From Candidatus Altimarinota bacterium (GTDB taxonomy: Bacteria; Patescibacteriota; Gracilibacteria; JBDHUY01), in the NCBI GenBank assembly GCA_039809385.1, contig JBDHUY010000022.1, forward strand, positions 1 through 22,066: a stretch of 22,066 nt of DNA. The letters run 5' to 3'. The position numbers and the translations under genes are program-made. Positions 5,935 through 13,975 of this stretch are shown here, in pieces (position 1 is the first letter of the stretch; every line of letters begins with the position of its first letter). The notes below the pieces were generated by a model. It saw only the letters and a program-made list of their open reading frames with translations. It had not been told where the DNA came from and made no database searches.

Positions 5935-8544
5935 TTAGACAGATGTTGGCTTGTGCAACGATTGTAATTTCTCAAAAAACTTTGGGAAATCGCGTTTGAA
6001 TTGTTCTTGCAACATGCCGCTGATCTGTTGATTCGCACTGTCGGGAGAGTTGCCTATACTGCGAGCTATGACCGGCCCAATGTTGATGGTGTATATTGTA
6101 CTGCTGATAAATTCCCACAAATGGTACAGAGGATGTCGTTTAAAATCTTCCAGCGTCGTTATGAGAGTAAAGTCAGTATTGCCGGCGCCGAAGGTAAAGT
6201 TGGGGGAATTCCCGGTTAGGGCTTTGCCGCCGCCGGTTACCGCCGGCAGGAGTGACATGATCAGACTTTTATGGTAATACTCGTCGCTCTTCCTAGCTAA
6301 TTTTTGCCAGATTCCTGTTAATTTCAACACGTCCTGCGGATATTTTTCAGTGAGATGTAGTATCGTATTCCTTACATACTCATTTTTTCGCTGGAATCTT
6401 TCGGGAATAATTTGAGTCGAATCATCCCTGAACGGATGCTCCCGGGCATGTTCTTCCAGGGTTTTTGTATAGCGCCCTTGTTCCATGATACCAAGTTGGT
6501 GAAGATCCGTATCCAGTTCGTCGAAATACATAGTCGTGAGCCATTTGCTATGCGCCACACAGTCGGCCCAGTTGTCCGCGAACATACTGATAGCGTTGTT
6601 CAGTCCTACCGACAGCCATTCTCGTACTACCAAAGGCAATCTTTTAAACGCTCCATTACGATAGAACTCGCGTTCGACCGTATTGATGAGAAAGGGGAGA
6701 TGCAGTCCCTGGAGCATTACCACAAATAAGGTATCGGTTAATTCGGGGCCGATTTGCTCGTGCCAGTGGTCTTTGCTCAGCAATGTCGAAATCGTCGGCT
6801 TCTCCCTTTCCAGAATTCTTTTGATCTCTTCAATGAGTGAAGCTTTACGGTCCTCCTCTGGTATCGTAACAATCAGTGCTTGGAATAAATCCAGAAACTC
6901 TTTTAAGGCATTCATATTATTTTCCTGAATGCTATTGCCGCTATCGAGCATGTCCAAAAATTTTTGGAATGTTTGTTCATCTGCCTTGCTAATTTCTAGA
7001 GAAGCTTCGGCGACAACCGTAGAACGATCTTTTTCGGGTGAGGCTAGAACAATCTCTCCGATCTTATGCTTTAAGGCATTGTCCATACTGGTCAATGTTT
7101 TCATGCAGTTGCGAAAGCGGTCTATGTCAAAGGAGTCTTTGGAGCAGCTGTTGATCACTGCTTCTGTGATCGTACTACCGATCATATTAAGATCATGTGC
7201 TATCTGTTCGATAATACTGAAATCCATACCGCTGCCGTTTCCATTGCCGTTTTTGCGTCGGTATGGGTAGTCCTTTCCGCCTACTTTTGCCATGGTTGCG
7301 GGGCCGGCATGTACCAGATACAGAAAAAAATTTTTCCAGGTGCTGATCAGAAATTCGACCGCATATGTCAATTTTTCTCGAGTCAGGAACAACTTTGGAG
7401 ATATCCCGGCGCGCTGTGCACCAGCCATGGCTCCTTCGACCCCTTTCCAGAAGGTATAGGGCAAAACTGCCGGGATAGCTTTTTGTACTCCTTCTAGACC
7501 ATAGGATTGGTACAATCCGATCAACGGTCCGGCATCGCCAAAGGCCGCCTGGGTCGTATTGCATCCCATAGCCATGAGCAATGTGGATATGTCCTGGGTG
7601 TGCATGCTTGCTTCTGCTACCCAGGCCCGCTTCAAATCCTCTCCTGCTGGCTCCACGACGTCTTCCTTTTGGTATTTTTGACGTAATGCAATGGCACGGG
7701 CGCGGATTTGAGGGTTCTCGATCTGCTCTACATGGGATAAAAATTCCGTCCCATTATTGTGTCCCAGGTCGGTGTATACTTTCAAATACAACGATTCCAA
7801 CGCTTTTTGTATCTCACATATCTCTGAGTTCCCAAGCTTAGCATTCCCAAAGGCCGTAAGCGGTACTTGGGTCAAGGAAGAGAGTACTGTCATTTGAAAG
7901 ATCGAATTAGCTAATTCGGCTTCCGGATTGATTTGTAAACTTTCCGCTTCGGCTTGGGCCATGGCTTCTGTCTCAGCCTCTACTTTTTCGATCCCCTTGG
8001 CCAGACTGGTAAGTCCCATCAACAGACCTACACCGGTCAGTGTTGTTCTCATTTCGTGGAGCGTGTCGTGACGTACTTCCGCTCCAAAAGCGCCGGCCCG
8101 GATAACATTCATGATCAATGCCGCGGTCATATTTTCCATCGGAAAAGGCGGATGGTTCGACCCATGAGTGTGTGTCGGTTGTCCCGTTAGCCCGGTGTAT
8201 TTCAGTATGTTGGCAATAAATGACGGTTTTTCTCGGGCCATAGCGACAATGGCGTCGATGAAACTGAGCGTTCCTGCGCCGTCGAGCGTTCTCAAGGTTA
8301 ACGGAATTTCGGGTACGATTTCGTGTACCCCGGGACTTTTATCTGTGCTTTGATCCGTAGGAGCCGGTGCCCGGGCTGAGTTGCTTTGCGCCTGCGTACG
8401 TTGAGGCCAAAGCAAAGCCGTGACCGTTGCTGCCAGAAGGTAATTGAACTCTCTTCTGGTCATGCCAGGGATGTCCGATCTGTCTGATCGTACATTGTCT
8501 GTGTGTTGCAGTGTTTGCGTGCCCAAGGTATTCGGGTTTTGCAT
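5935..8544 (-). CDS. Large hypothetical protein, 869 aa; twin-arginine-like N-terminus; remote IT-superfamily transporter motifs
   Basis: Long ORF with its own strong promoter. MTRREFNYLLAATVTALLWP; motifs CNTTQAAFGDAGPL, ISMFADNWAD, AVTGGGKALTGNSPNF. The CDS is well supported; the function is inference. Confidence 0.85.
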   Translation of the reverse strand: MQNPNTLGTQTLQHTDNVRSDRSDIPGMTRREFNYLLAATVTALLWPQRTQAQSNSARAPAPTDQSTDKSPGVHEIVPEIPLTLRTLDGAGTLSFIDAIVAMAREKPSFIANILKYTGLTGQPTHTHGSNHPPFPMENMTAALIMNVIRAGAFGAEVRHDTLHEMRTTLTGVGLLMGLTSLAKGIEKVEAETEAMAQAEAESLQINPEAELANSIFQMTVLSSLTQVPLTAFGNAKLGNSEICEIQKALESLYLKVYTDLGHNNGTEFLSHVEQIENPQIRARAIALRQKYQKEDVVEPAGEDLKRAWVAEASMHTQDISTLLMAMGCNTTQAAFGDAGPLIGLYQSYGLEGVQKAIPAVLPYTFWKGVEGAMAGAQRAGISPKLFLTREKLTYAVEFLISTWKNFFLYLVHAGPATMAKVGGKDYPYRRKNGNGNGSGMDFSIIEQIAHDLNMIGSTITEAVINSCSKDSFDIDRFRNCMKTLTSMDNALKHKIGEIVLASPEKDRSTVVAEASLEISKADEQTFQKFLDMLDSGNSIQENNMNALKEFLDLFQALIVTIPEEDRKASLIEEIKRILEREKPTISTLLSKDHWHEQIGPELTDTLFVVMLQGLHLPFLINTVEREFYRNGAFKRLPLVVREWLSVGLNNAISMFADNWADCVAHSKWLTTMYFDELDTDLHQLGIMEQGRYTKTLEEHAREHPFRDDSTQIIPERFQRKNEYVRNTILHLTEKYPQDVLKLTGIWQKLARKSDEYYHKSLIMSLLPAVTGGGKALTGNSPNFTFGAGNTDFTLITTLEDFKRHPLYHLWEFISSTIYTINIGPVIARSIGNSPDSANQQISGMLQEQFKRDFPKFFEKLQSLHKPTSV

Positions 8545-8588
8545 TCGTTTTTTTTAGAATATGGATGCGAGAAGAGTGAGAGGGAAGT

Positions 8589-8616
8589 ATTATAAAAAGA
8601 ATGCGTACCAAGTCAA
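8589..8616 (-). promoter_or_regulatory. Putative strong sigma70 promoter of the 869-aa gene
   Basis: Minus strand TTGACT-16 bp-TATAAT. Confidence 0.7.
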
Positions 8617-8666
8617 TACGCTCACGTACATTTGAATCCCGCATATAAACACACTGCGTTTCTGTT

Positions 8667-10016
8667 TTATATCGATGCTACATACTGCTTGTACGCATCC
8701 ACGTCAAATTTGCTTTTGCAGCCGTTATAACTCATATAACGGATCTTGCCAAAAATCGGTCGCTCGAACCAGGCTCTGTCGTGTACGCCGCCGATCGACC
8801 AGGCGATGCCGGTGTAACCGTTGGGATCGCGGCCGTCGAGTTCATAGCGGTCGTTCAGATAGATGGCTACGGCAAGGGCTTCTTCCGGAATTTTACTCCA
8901 TTCCAAAATCTTTTTGGCCCAGTACATACGCATATAACCGTGCATTTTGCCCCGTTGTACCATTTCCAGCTGAGCAGCGTTCCACAGGTCATCGTGGGTT
9001 TGGCCGCTTTCGAATTCTTCCCGCGAATAAAGGTATTCCCGTCGATCGCTGCGGTGTTCGTCGAGCGTCCGCCGGGCCCAGTCCGGAAAACCTTCGAACG
9101 TATCATACGTCGGGGTGTAGAAACAGAAGTTGTCCGACAGTTCTTTGCGGACGATCAGCTCTTCCAGAAACGCCTCTTTGGCCCTTTCTGACCCCGGACA
9201 TCGTTGAATCTCCAATGCTACCCGCTGTGCCGCTAGTTGTCCGTAGTGTAAGTACGGTGAAAGGTCGGAAACGGCGCTCTTATTGGGGTCGTTACGTCCG
9301 GTATCATATAGTTTTAGGCGTGCTTCGATAAAACTCTTTAGCATAGCCCTGGCTGCGCTTTCGCCGCTCTTGATCCATGAGACCGGCATAACCGTACGGT
9401 TGAGCGGAGATGCCTTTTCCATTTTTTCCCAGTCATTGGTCCCTAATGAAAACCTGAGTGTAAACGGATGTTTTTGCAGTGCCGGAAATTCGTCTAAAAA
9501 TTCAGGTAAACGACGATGTATTTTGGGCCGGATCGTATACGCCGCGAATTCGCGTTTCGGGCTAACCAGCCAGCAAGGAATTACGTTGTGAGCATCTGCT
9601 TCAAAGAACGCTACGGGGAGTCTGTCAGAGAGACTGTCCCGCCATTGGCGCTGGAGTCGCAGGCAGTCGAAATCGGTGATGACCCCGCCGATGTGGTATC
9701 GTTTGACGATAGCAGGAAGATCCTTCTGTATATCTTCGTTGGTAACTAAAAAAGGAATGTGGTTGGTGGCCAACTCGTGTTCCAGCTCGCGTAACCCCTC
9801 GATTTTGAAGCGGAACTGTCGCAAACCACCTCCCAGGTAGCTTGGGACTAAGTTATATACCACCAGTAGTGGTTCCTTTCGCTCCTGGGCCAGTTCCTGG
9901 GCGTAGAGCAGCGCCCAGTTGTCTCGACTGCGCATATCGCGGCTCATCCAGTACAGGATCGGGCCGGGACGGATTGGTTTTTGATTGAGTCTGCGTACTC
10001 GTGCAGCCTGTACCAT
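8667..10016 (-). CDS. phrB: Deoxyribodipyrimidine photolyase, class II CPD
   Basis: YWMSRDMRSRDNWALLYA, DAHNVIPCW, SDLSPYLHYGQ, FLEELIVRKELSDNFC, GKMHGYMRMYWAKKILEW, LDGRDPNGYTG. Confidence 0.96.
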   Translation of the reverse strand: MVQAARVRRLNQKPIRPGPILYWMSRDMRSRDNWALLYAQELAQERKEPLLVVYNLVPSYLGGGLRQFRFKIEGLRELEHELATNHIPFLVTNEDIQKDLPAIVKRYHIGGVITDFDCLRLQRQWRDSLSDRLPVAFFEADAHNVIPCWLVSPKREFAAYTIRPKIHRRLPEFLDEFPALQKHPFTLRFSLGTNDWEKMEKASPLNRTVMPVSWIKSGESAARAMLKSFIEARLKLYDTGRNDPNKSAVSDLSPYLHYGQLAAQRVALEIQRCPGSERAKEAFLEELIVRKELSDNFCFYTPTYDTFEGFPDWARRTLDEHRSDRREYLYSREEFESGQTHDDLWNAAQLEMVQRGKMHGYMRMYWAKKILEWSKIPEEALAVAIYLNDRYELDGRDPNGYTGIAWSIGGVHDRAWFERPIFGKIRYMSYNGCKSKFDVDAYKQYVASI

Positions 10017-10047
10017 TTTCGCAAAATGAAAAAATGTCTATGTTTAT

Positions 10048-10518
10048 TCAGATATTCTCAATAATCGCGACTTCCTGCTTTATCAATTTTTCGGTTCCTT
10101 CATACCAGAATGTGCCTCGAAATTTCTGTTCTTTCAAAAAGACGGGTAGCCAGTACGGATCATCTAGCCACATTTGATCATAAGGGATTTTATCCAAATC
10201 AAACCATTGGGGGCGCATTTCTTCATTCTCTTTCATCGTACCGCTATAGCCAAGTACGCTGAAAATATGCACTTCGGCAATCATGTCCTGGATCTCTCCA
10301 TGAAATTGCAAAATGCCGCGTTTTTCCAGTTGTTTGCAGGATAGACCGGATTCTTCTTCAAACTCGCGTTTTGCCGCTTGTTCGATCGTTTCTCGGGGCA
10401 TTAATAATTTCCCGCCGAAGCCGTTCCATTTTCCTTGGCCGAACCCGCGTTTTTTTAATCCCAATAGAATTTTTTGTTTGTCTACCAGCAGACACAGAGT
10501 CAGGATTTTTGTGGACAT
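10048..10518 (-). CDS. Nudix hydrolase, MTH1/NUDT1-like 8-oxo-dGTP diphosphatase
   Basis: LLGLKKRGFGQGKWNGFGGK, AAKREFEEESGL, EEMRPQWF, IPYDQMWLDDPYWLP. Likely start is MSTKILT at 10518. Confidence 0.92.
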   Translation of the reverse strand: MSTKILTLCLLVDKQKILLGLKKRGFGQGKWNGFGGKLLMPRETIEQAAKREFEEESGLSCKQLEKRGILQFHGEIQDMIAEVHIFSVLGYSGTMKENEEMRPQWFDLDKIPYDQMWLDDPYWLPVFLKEQKFRGTFWYEGTEKLIKQEVAIIENI

Positions 10519-10541
10519 AATAGTTGTGCTGAATTTGTACG

Positions 10542-10562
10542 GTAGGGGCACCGTGCCCCTAC
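10542..10562. repeat. GTAG-type REP-like palindrome
   Basis: GTAGGGGCA-CCG-TGCCCCTAC, perfect 9-bp arms, between bcp and the Nudix gene. Confidence 0.8.
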
Positions 10563-10569
10563 AAGGCGG

Positions 10570-11037
10570 TTAGAGCATATTTTTGAGTTCTTCCAATACC
10601 ATGGCGCTGTGCGTGCCGGTTTTTACTTTTTCGTATACTTGAACAATTTTGCCCTCTGGATCTATCAGAAATGAGGTTCGTACCGTTCCCATGTATTCGC
10701 GTCCCATGAACTTTTTCTTTTGCCACACGTCGTAAAGGCCTTGTACTGCTTTCTCTTCGTCCGCGAGTACTGGAAAGGGCAGTTGGTATTTGCGGGCAAA
10801 TTTGTCGTGGCTTTTCACCGAATCTTTGCTGACGCCCAGAACCACAATCCCTCGCTGCTGAAATTCGCTCCACTGGTCTCTCAGCCCGCAAGCCTGCTGG
10901 GTACAACCGGCGGTGTCGTCTTTGGGATAAAAATAGAGCAACACCCACTTGCCGCGGTACTGCGAGAGGGTATGTGTGGTGCCGTTTTGATCAGGAAGAC
11001 TAAAGTCGGGTGCCGGTTGTCCGGGTTGCGGGTGCAT
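10570..11037 (-). CDS. bcp: Peroxiredoxin BCP/PrxQ
   Basis: APDFSLPDQNG, YFYPKDDTAGCTQQACGLRD (CxxxxC), RTSFLIDPEGKI. Likely start is MHPQPG at 11037. Confidence 0.95.
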   Translation of the reverse strand: MHPQPGQPAPDFSLPDQNGTTHTLSQYRGKWVLLYFYPKDDTAGCTQQACGLRDQWSEFQQRGIVVLGVSKDSVKSHDKFARKYQLPFPVLADEEKAVQGLYDVWQKKKFMGREYMGTVRTSFLIDPEGKIVQVYEKVKTGTHSAMVLEELKNML

Positions 11038-11069
11038 AGGGTGAAAATTGAAGGAAACAAAACAGGTGT

Positions 11070-11098
11070 AGTATGGCATTGGCAGAAAGTTCCTTCAA
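11070..11098 (-). promoter_or_regulatory. Putative sigma70 promoter of the bcp-nudix-phr operon
   Basis: Minus strand TTGAAG-17 bp-CATACT with a TG extension. Confidence 0.5.
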
Positions 11099-11168
11099 TC
11101 GATATTTTTTAAACCTTACCAGACAATATACTCGGTATTCCTTCTTGAATAAATGACAAAGTTATCTG

Positions 11169-11197
11169 TTGTATTAATTTTATAAATGCGATAGAGT
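11169..11197 (+). promoter_or_regulatory. Putative sigma70 promoter
   Basis: TTGTAT-17 bp-TAGAGT upstream of the 11232 ATG. Confidence 0.45.
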
Positions 11198-11231
11198 ACC
11201 TTAAAATTTATATAAACCATTGTCAAAAAAT

Positions 11232-11702
11232 ATGGTTAATATTCCTGGTAATTATGACGATGAAATCTCTAAAAGGCTTCCGGAACAGCCCGAATCGATC
11301 AAGTCTGTTTGTAACGACCTTATGGCTTTGAATACAACAATCGGATTTCCTCCCCCGGGAGTGGATATTACGTTTCTCGGTTCTTTACCAAAGTTGCCAT
11401 GGGACCGATGTACTCAAGAATGTGAAAGATTTGCATCGGCCGTAAATTCCAGAATTGATCAGAATACCGATTACGGGCGTCATGGAGAGCTTATTCAGCT
11501 GGGACATATGGTAACGCTTGCATTTGTGTATTTGCAGTACAAAGATATCGACGGTGCTTATGAAGAAATGGAATCTGCTGCTCATATAGCCCACGGCATT
11601 GTGAATAATGACCAGATCGTTTTTAGCGGCAAAGAAGGTATAACCAAAGCCAAATTGAATGAGAAAGTTTTGAAGCTAAAAGCCTCTATCGCCACATTAT
11701 AA
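11232..11702 (+). CDS. Hypothetical protein, about 156 aa
   Basis: ORF fills the gap between AT-rich flanks and has a candidate promoter. Helical-looking sequence with no recognised motif. Confidence 0.7.
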   Translation: MVNIPGNYDDEISKRLPEQPESIKSVCNDLMALNTTIGFPPPGVDITFLGSLPKLPWDRCTQECERFASAVNSRIDQNTDYGRHGELIQLGHMVTLAFVYLQYKDIDGAYEEMESAAHIAHGIVNNDQIVFSGKEGITKAKLNEKVLKLKASIATL

Positions 11703-11773
11703 ATCATATTTCTTCTCTTTTCATTCTTAGTATTTACGTAAAATACGAAGCTGCATGTTCCTGTGCTTTCCGG

Positions 11774-11801
11774 TTGAACTTTGCGCCTTTCGTTCTACAA
11801 T
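11774..11801 (+). promoter_or_regulatory. Putative sigma70 promoter of the rmlA-GT2 operon
   Basis: TTGAAC-16 bp-TACAAT, about 40 bp upstream of the ATG at 11842. Confidence 0.6.
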
Positions 11802-11841
11802 GAAAACGTCGGTTTTATTTTATGATTGAAGTCGTTTGCTC

Positions 11842-12573
11842 ATGAAAGGTATTTTGCTTTCCGGCGGCCTGGGGACGCGACTGTTGCCTCTGACCAAAGT
11901 GACATCCAAGCAGTTGCTGCCGGTTTATAACAAACCTATGATCTTTTATCCGCTTGAGAAGCTTCTGGAAGCCGGTATCAAAGACATTTTGATCATCGTG
12001 GCTCCGGATCATTGCGGCGACTACATGCGGGTTTTAGGCTCAGGCAAAGAATTCGGTGCTCGTTTTACCTACGAAATTCAGGATAAACCCGAGGGGATCG
12101 CCCAGGCTTTTTTGATCGGTGAACATTTTTTGCGCAGCGGCGACAGCGTTACGCTCATCTTGGGAGATAACCTTTTTGACGACGATATTAGTACCTCGAT
12201 TAAACAATTTTCCGGAAAAGGCGCCAAAATTTTTGCCCGCGAAGTCCCCGATCCGCACCGGTTTGGTGTTGTCGTGCTCGACGAACAGGGGAAAGCGATA
12301 CGTCTCGTTGAAAAGCCGACCGAACATCTCTCTTCTCTGGCCCAAACCGGCATCTATGTCTATGATTCTCAAGTCGTTGGTATAGCGAAACAATTAAAAC
12401 CATCGGCTCGCGGCGAACTGGAAATAACCGACCTGAACAACGCATATCTTCGTCAAGGACAGCTGGCGGTAGAAGTATTGACCGGCGAATGGATCGATGC
12501 GGGAACGTTCGAGTCCTACTATCGCGCCAACAAATGGGCCTACGAGAAGCTTAAAATGCAAAGTGCAGAGTGA
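11842..12573 (+). CDS. rmlA: Glucose-1-phosphate thymidylyltransferase, short RmlA/SpsI-like form
   Basis: MKGILLSGGLGTRLLPLT..TSKQLLPVYNKPMIFYPL, QDKPEGIAQAF, LILGDNLF, VEKP, LKPSARGELEITD, WIDAGT. Confidence 0.9.
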   Translation: MKGILLSGGLGTRLLPLTKVTSKQLLPVYNKPMIFYPLEKLLEAGIKDILIIVAPDHCGDYMRVLGSGKEFGARFTYEIQDKPEGIAQAFLIGEHFLRSGDSVTLILGDNLFDDDISTSIKQFSGKGAKIFAREVPDPHRFGVVVLDEQGKAIRLVEKPTEHLSSLAQTGIYVYDSQVVGIAKQLKPSARGELEITDLNNAYLRQGQLAVEVLTGEWIDAGTFESYYRANKWAYEKLKMQSAE

Positions 12574-12587
12574 AAAATTCAAATTTG
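12553..12587 (+). repeat. Degenerate 7-nt tandem array across the rmlA stop codon
   Basis: AAAATGC AAAGTGC AGAGTGA AAAATTC AAATTTG. The TGA stop is 12571-12573. Confidence 0.7.
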
Positions 12588-12710
12588 GAAACATAGCGAT
12601 CACCGCCCAATGACCCGTAGCCGCAGACCTGTGTTTCTAGACAGGATATCCTTGATACCTCCTTTCCCAAGGTTGTGGAGAGCAGGCAGTGGCCAGTGGG
12701 AACGTAGGAA

Positions 12711-12750
12711 AATTGAAATTCGTGGAAATTGGTAGAAACCTATGGAAATT
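12711..12750 (+). repeat. Degenerate 10-nt tandem array
   Basis: AATTGAAATT CGTGGAAATT GGTAGAAACC TATGGAAATT, with GAAA in phase in all four units. Confidence 0.65.
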
Positions 12751-12773
12751 TGTTTTTGGTCGGCAAGGGGGCA

Positions 12774-12813
12774 GTCACGCTGACTCTGAGAGTATCGAAG
12801 AGGAAGAGTCCCG
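12774..12813 (+). repeat. GTCA-type REP-like hairpin with an extended, nested stem
   Basis: GTCACGCTGA...GAAGAGTCCCG; both ends are identical to the reverse complement of 14963-14990. Confidence 0.85.
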
Positions 12814-12877
12814 AACCTGCTTCAATCAATCGTATTCCGGAACAACACGTTGAGCATACTTACTTTGAACTTGGATT

Positions 12878-13897
12878 ATGCAACCTCGTCTTACCATCGG
12901 CATCCTGCTCTACCAATCATCTCAGTATCGTTTAGAACAATATCTCAAGACCTTGTTTGACAGTATCTTTGCTCAGACATGGCGGGATTTTGTAGTTTTG
13001 GTGCTCGATAACGGATCCGAAAATACCGATTACATAGATCGTCTCAAAGAGCAGTTTCCGCGCATTCAGTTTTTTCGGTCCGAAACTAATCTGGGATTTG
13101 CAAAAGGGCATAATCTGCTCATCAACGCCTCGCATTCGCCGCTCTATCTGGTGTTGAATCCCGATATGTTTCTCGAGCCGGATTGTATTGAGAAGCTTGT
13201 TTCTTGTTACGAAGCCAGCCAAGACCGACAGGCGGGGTTGATCACGCCGCTGGTCTATCGTTGGAATTTTGATACGTATCAAAAAACTCAAGGGAATGAT
13301 CTTGGAAAGACCGGTATGATTGACACTACTGGGTTAGGATTGAATAAACGACATGCTTTTTTCGAACGCGGACAAGGTGAGCAAGATACAGGTCAATATG
13401 AGGAAGGCGAAATCTTTGGGGCTTCAGGGTCCTGCATGCTCCTGGCCCGTGAAGCGCTCGAATCGATCCGTTTCGAAGATGAATATTTTGACAGCCTGAT
13501 GTTTATGTATAAAGAAGACATCGATTTGTCCTATCGCTTACGTTGGGCCGGGTTTCGCGCTTTTTTTTGTCCCAAAGCCATTGTGTACCACGACCGGAGC
13601 GTCGCTCACACGAAGCCTTTTTTCATCATTCAGCATAAATCCCGCTGGGTGCAGGAAAATTCCTATCTGAACGAAAAAATTTTATTGTTTAAAAATCTCG
13701 ACTCGCGCTTTCCTTTCGGGGTCCGTTGGGGTACAATGCTGCGGCAGTGGGCCAAGCGGATCTATGCGCTCCTGTTTGCCCCATACCTGCTCAAACAAGA
13801 AAAAATATTTCGCGAATATCTGCCGCTTCTAAAGACCAAAAGACAGGCGATGGCCCGAATGGCCGATCCCCGCGAGATCGTACGGTTTATGGTCTGA
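12878..13897 (+). CDS. Glycosyltransferase family 2 (WbbL-like)
   Basis: VLVLDNGS, NLGFAKGHN, LVLNPDM, GASGSCMLL, FDSLMFMYKEDIDLSYRL. Confidence 0.93.
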   Translation: MQPRLTIGILLYQSSQYRLEQYLKTLFDSIFAQTWRDFVVLVLDNGSENTDYIDRLKEQFPRIQFFRSETNLGFAKGHNLLINASHSPLYLVLNPDMFLEPDCIEKLVSCYEASQDRQAGLITPLVYRWNFDTYQKTQGNDLGKTGMIDTTGLGLNKRHAFFERGQGEQDTGQYEEGEIFGASGSCMLLAREALESIRFEDEYFDSLMFMYKEDIDLSYRLRWAGFRAFFCPKAIVYHDRSVAHTKPFFIIQHKSRWVQENSYLNEKILLFKNLDSRFPFGVRWGTMLRQWAKRIYALLFAPYLLKQEKIFREYLPLLKTKRQAMARMADPREIVRFMV

Positions 13898-13924
13898 TGT
13901 TCATGAATTTTTGTAATGTCCATT

Positions 13925-13952
13925 GTAGGGACGCAATTAATCGCGTCTCTAC
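13925..13952. repeat. GTAG-type REP-like palindrome flanked by a 9-bp direct repeat
   Basis: GTAGGGACGCAATTAATCGCGTCTCTAC, a near-perfect palindrome. AATGTCCAT occurs at 13915-13923 and 13955-13963. Confidence 0.85.
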
Positions 13953-13975
13953 ACAATGTCCATAATGGTTTTCCT

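Noticed and set aside
5821-5936. Structured ncRNA between the convergent antiporter and 869-aa genes
   Set aside because: Only short pairings (AACCGA/TCGGTT, GTCTGTT/AATAGAC) with no second copy or known motif.
10355-10420. Inactivated Nudix box (GX6E instead of GX5E)
   Set aside because: The one-residue insertion is in a loop and the catalytic REFEEE helix is intact.
13916-13975. Longer N-terminus of the second GT2 (and similar upstream starts for other genes)
   Set aside because: The extension is a translation of the REP palindrome or promoter region; family homology begins at the downstream ATG.
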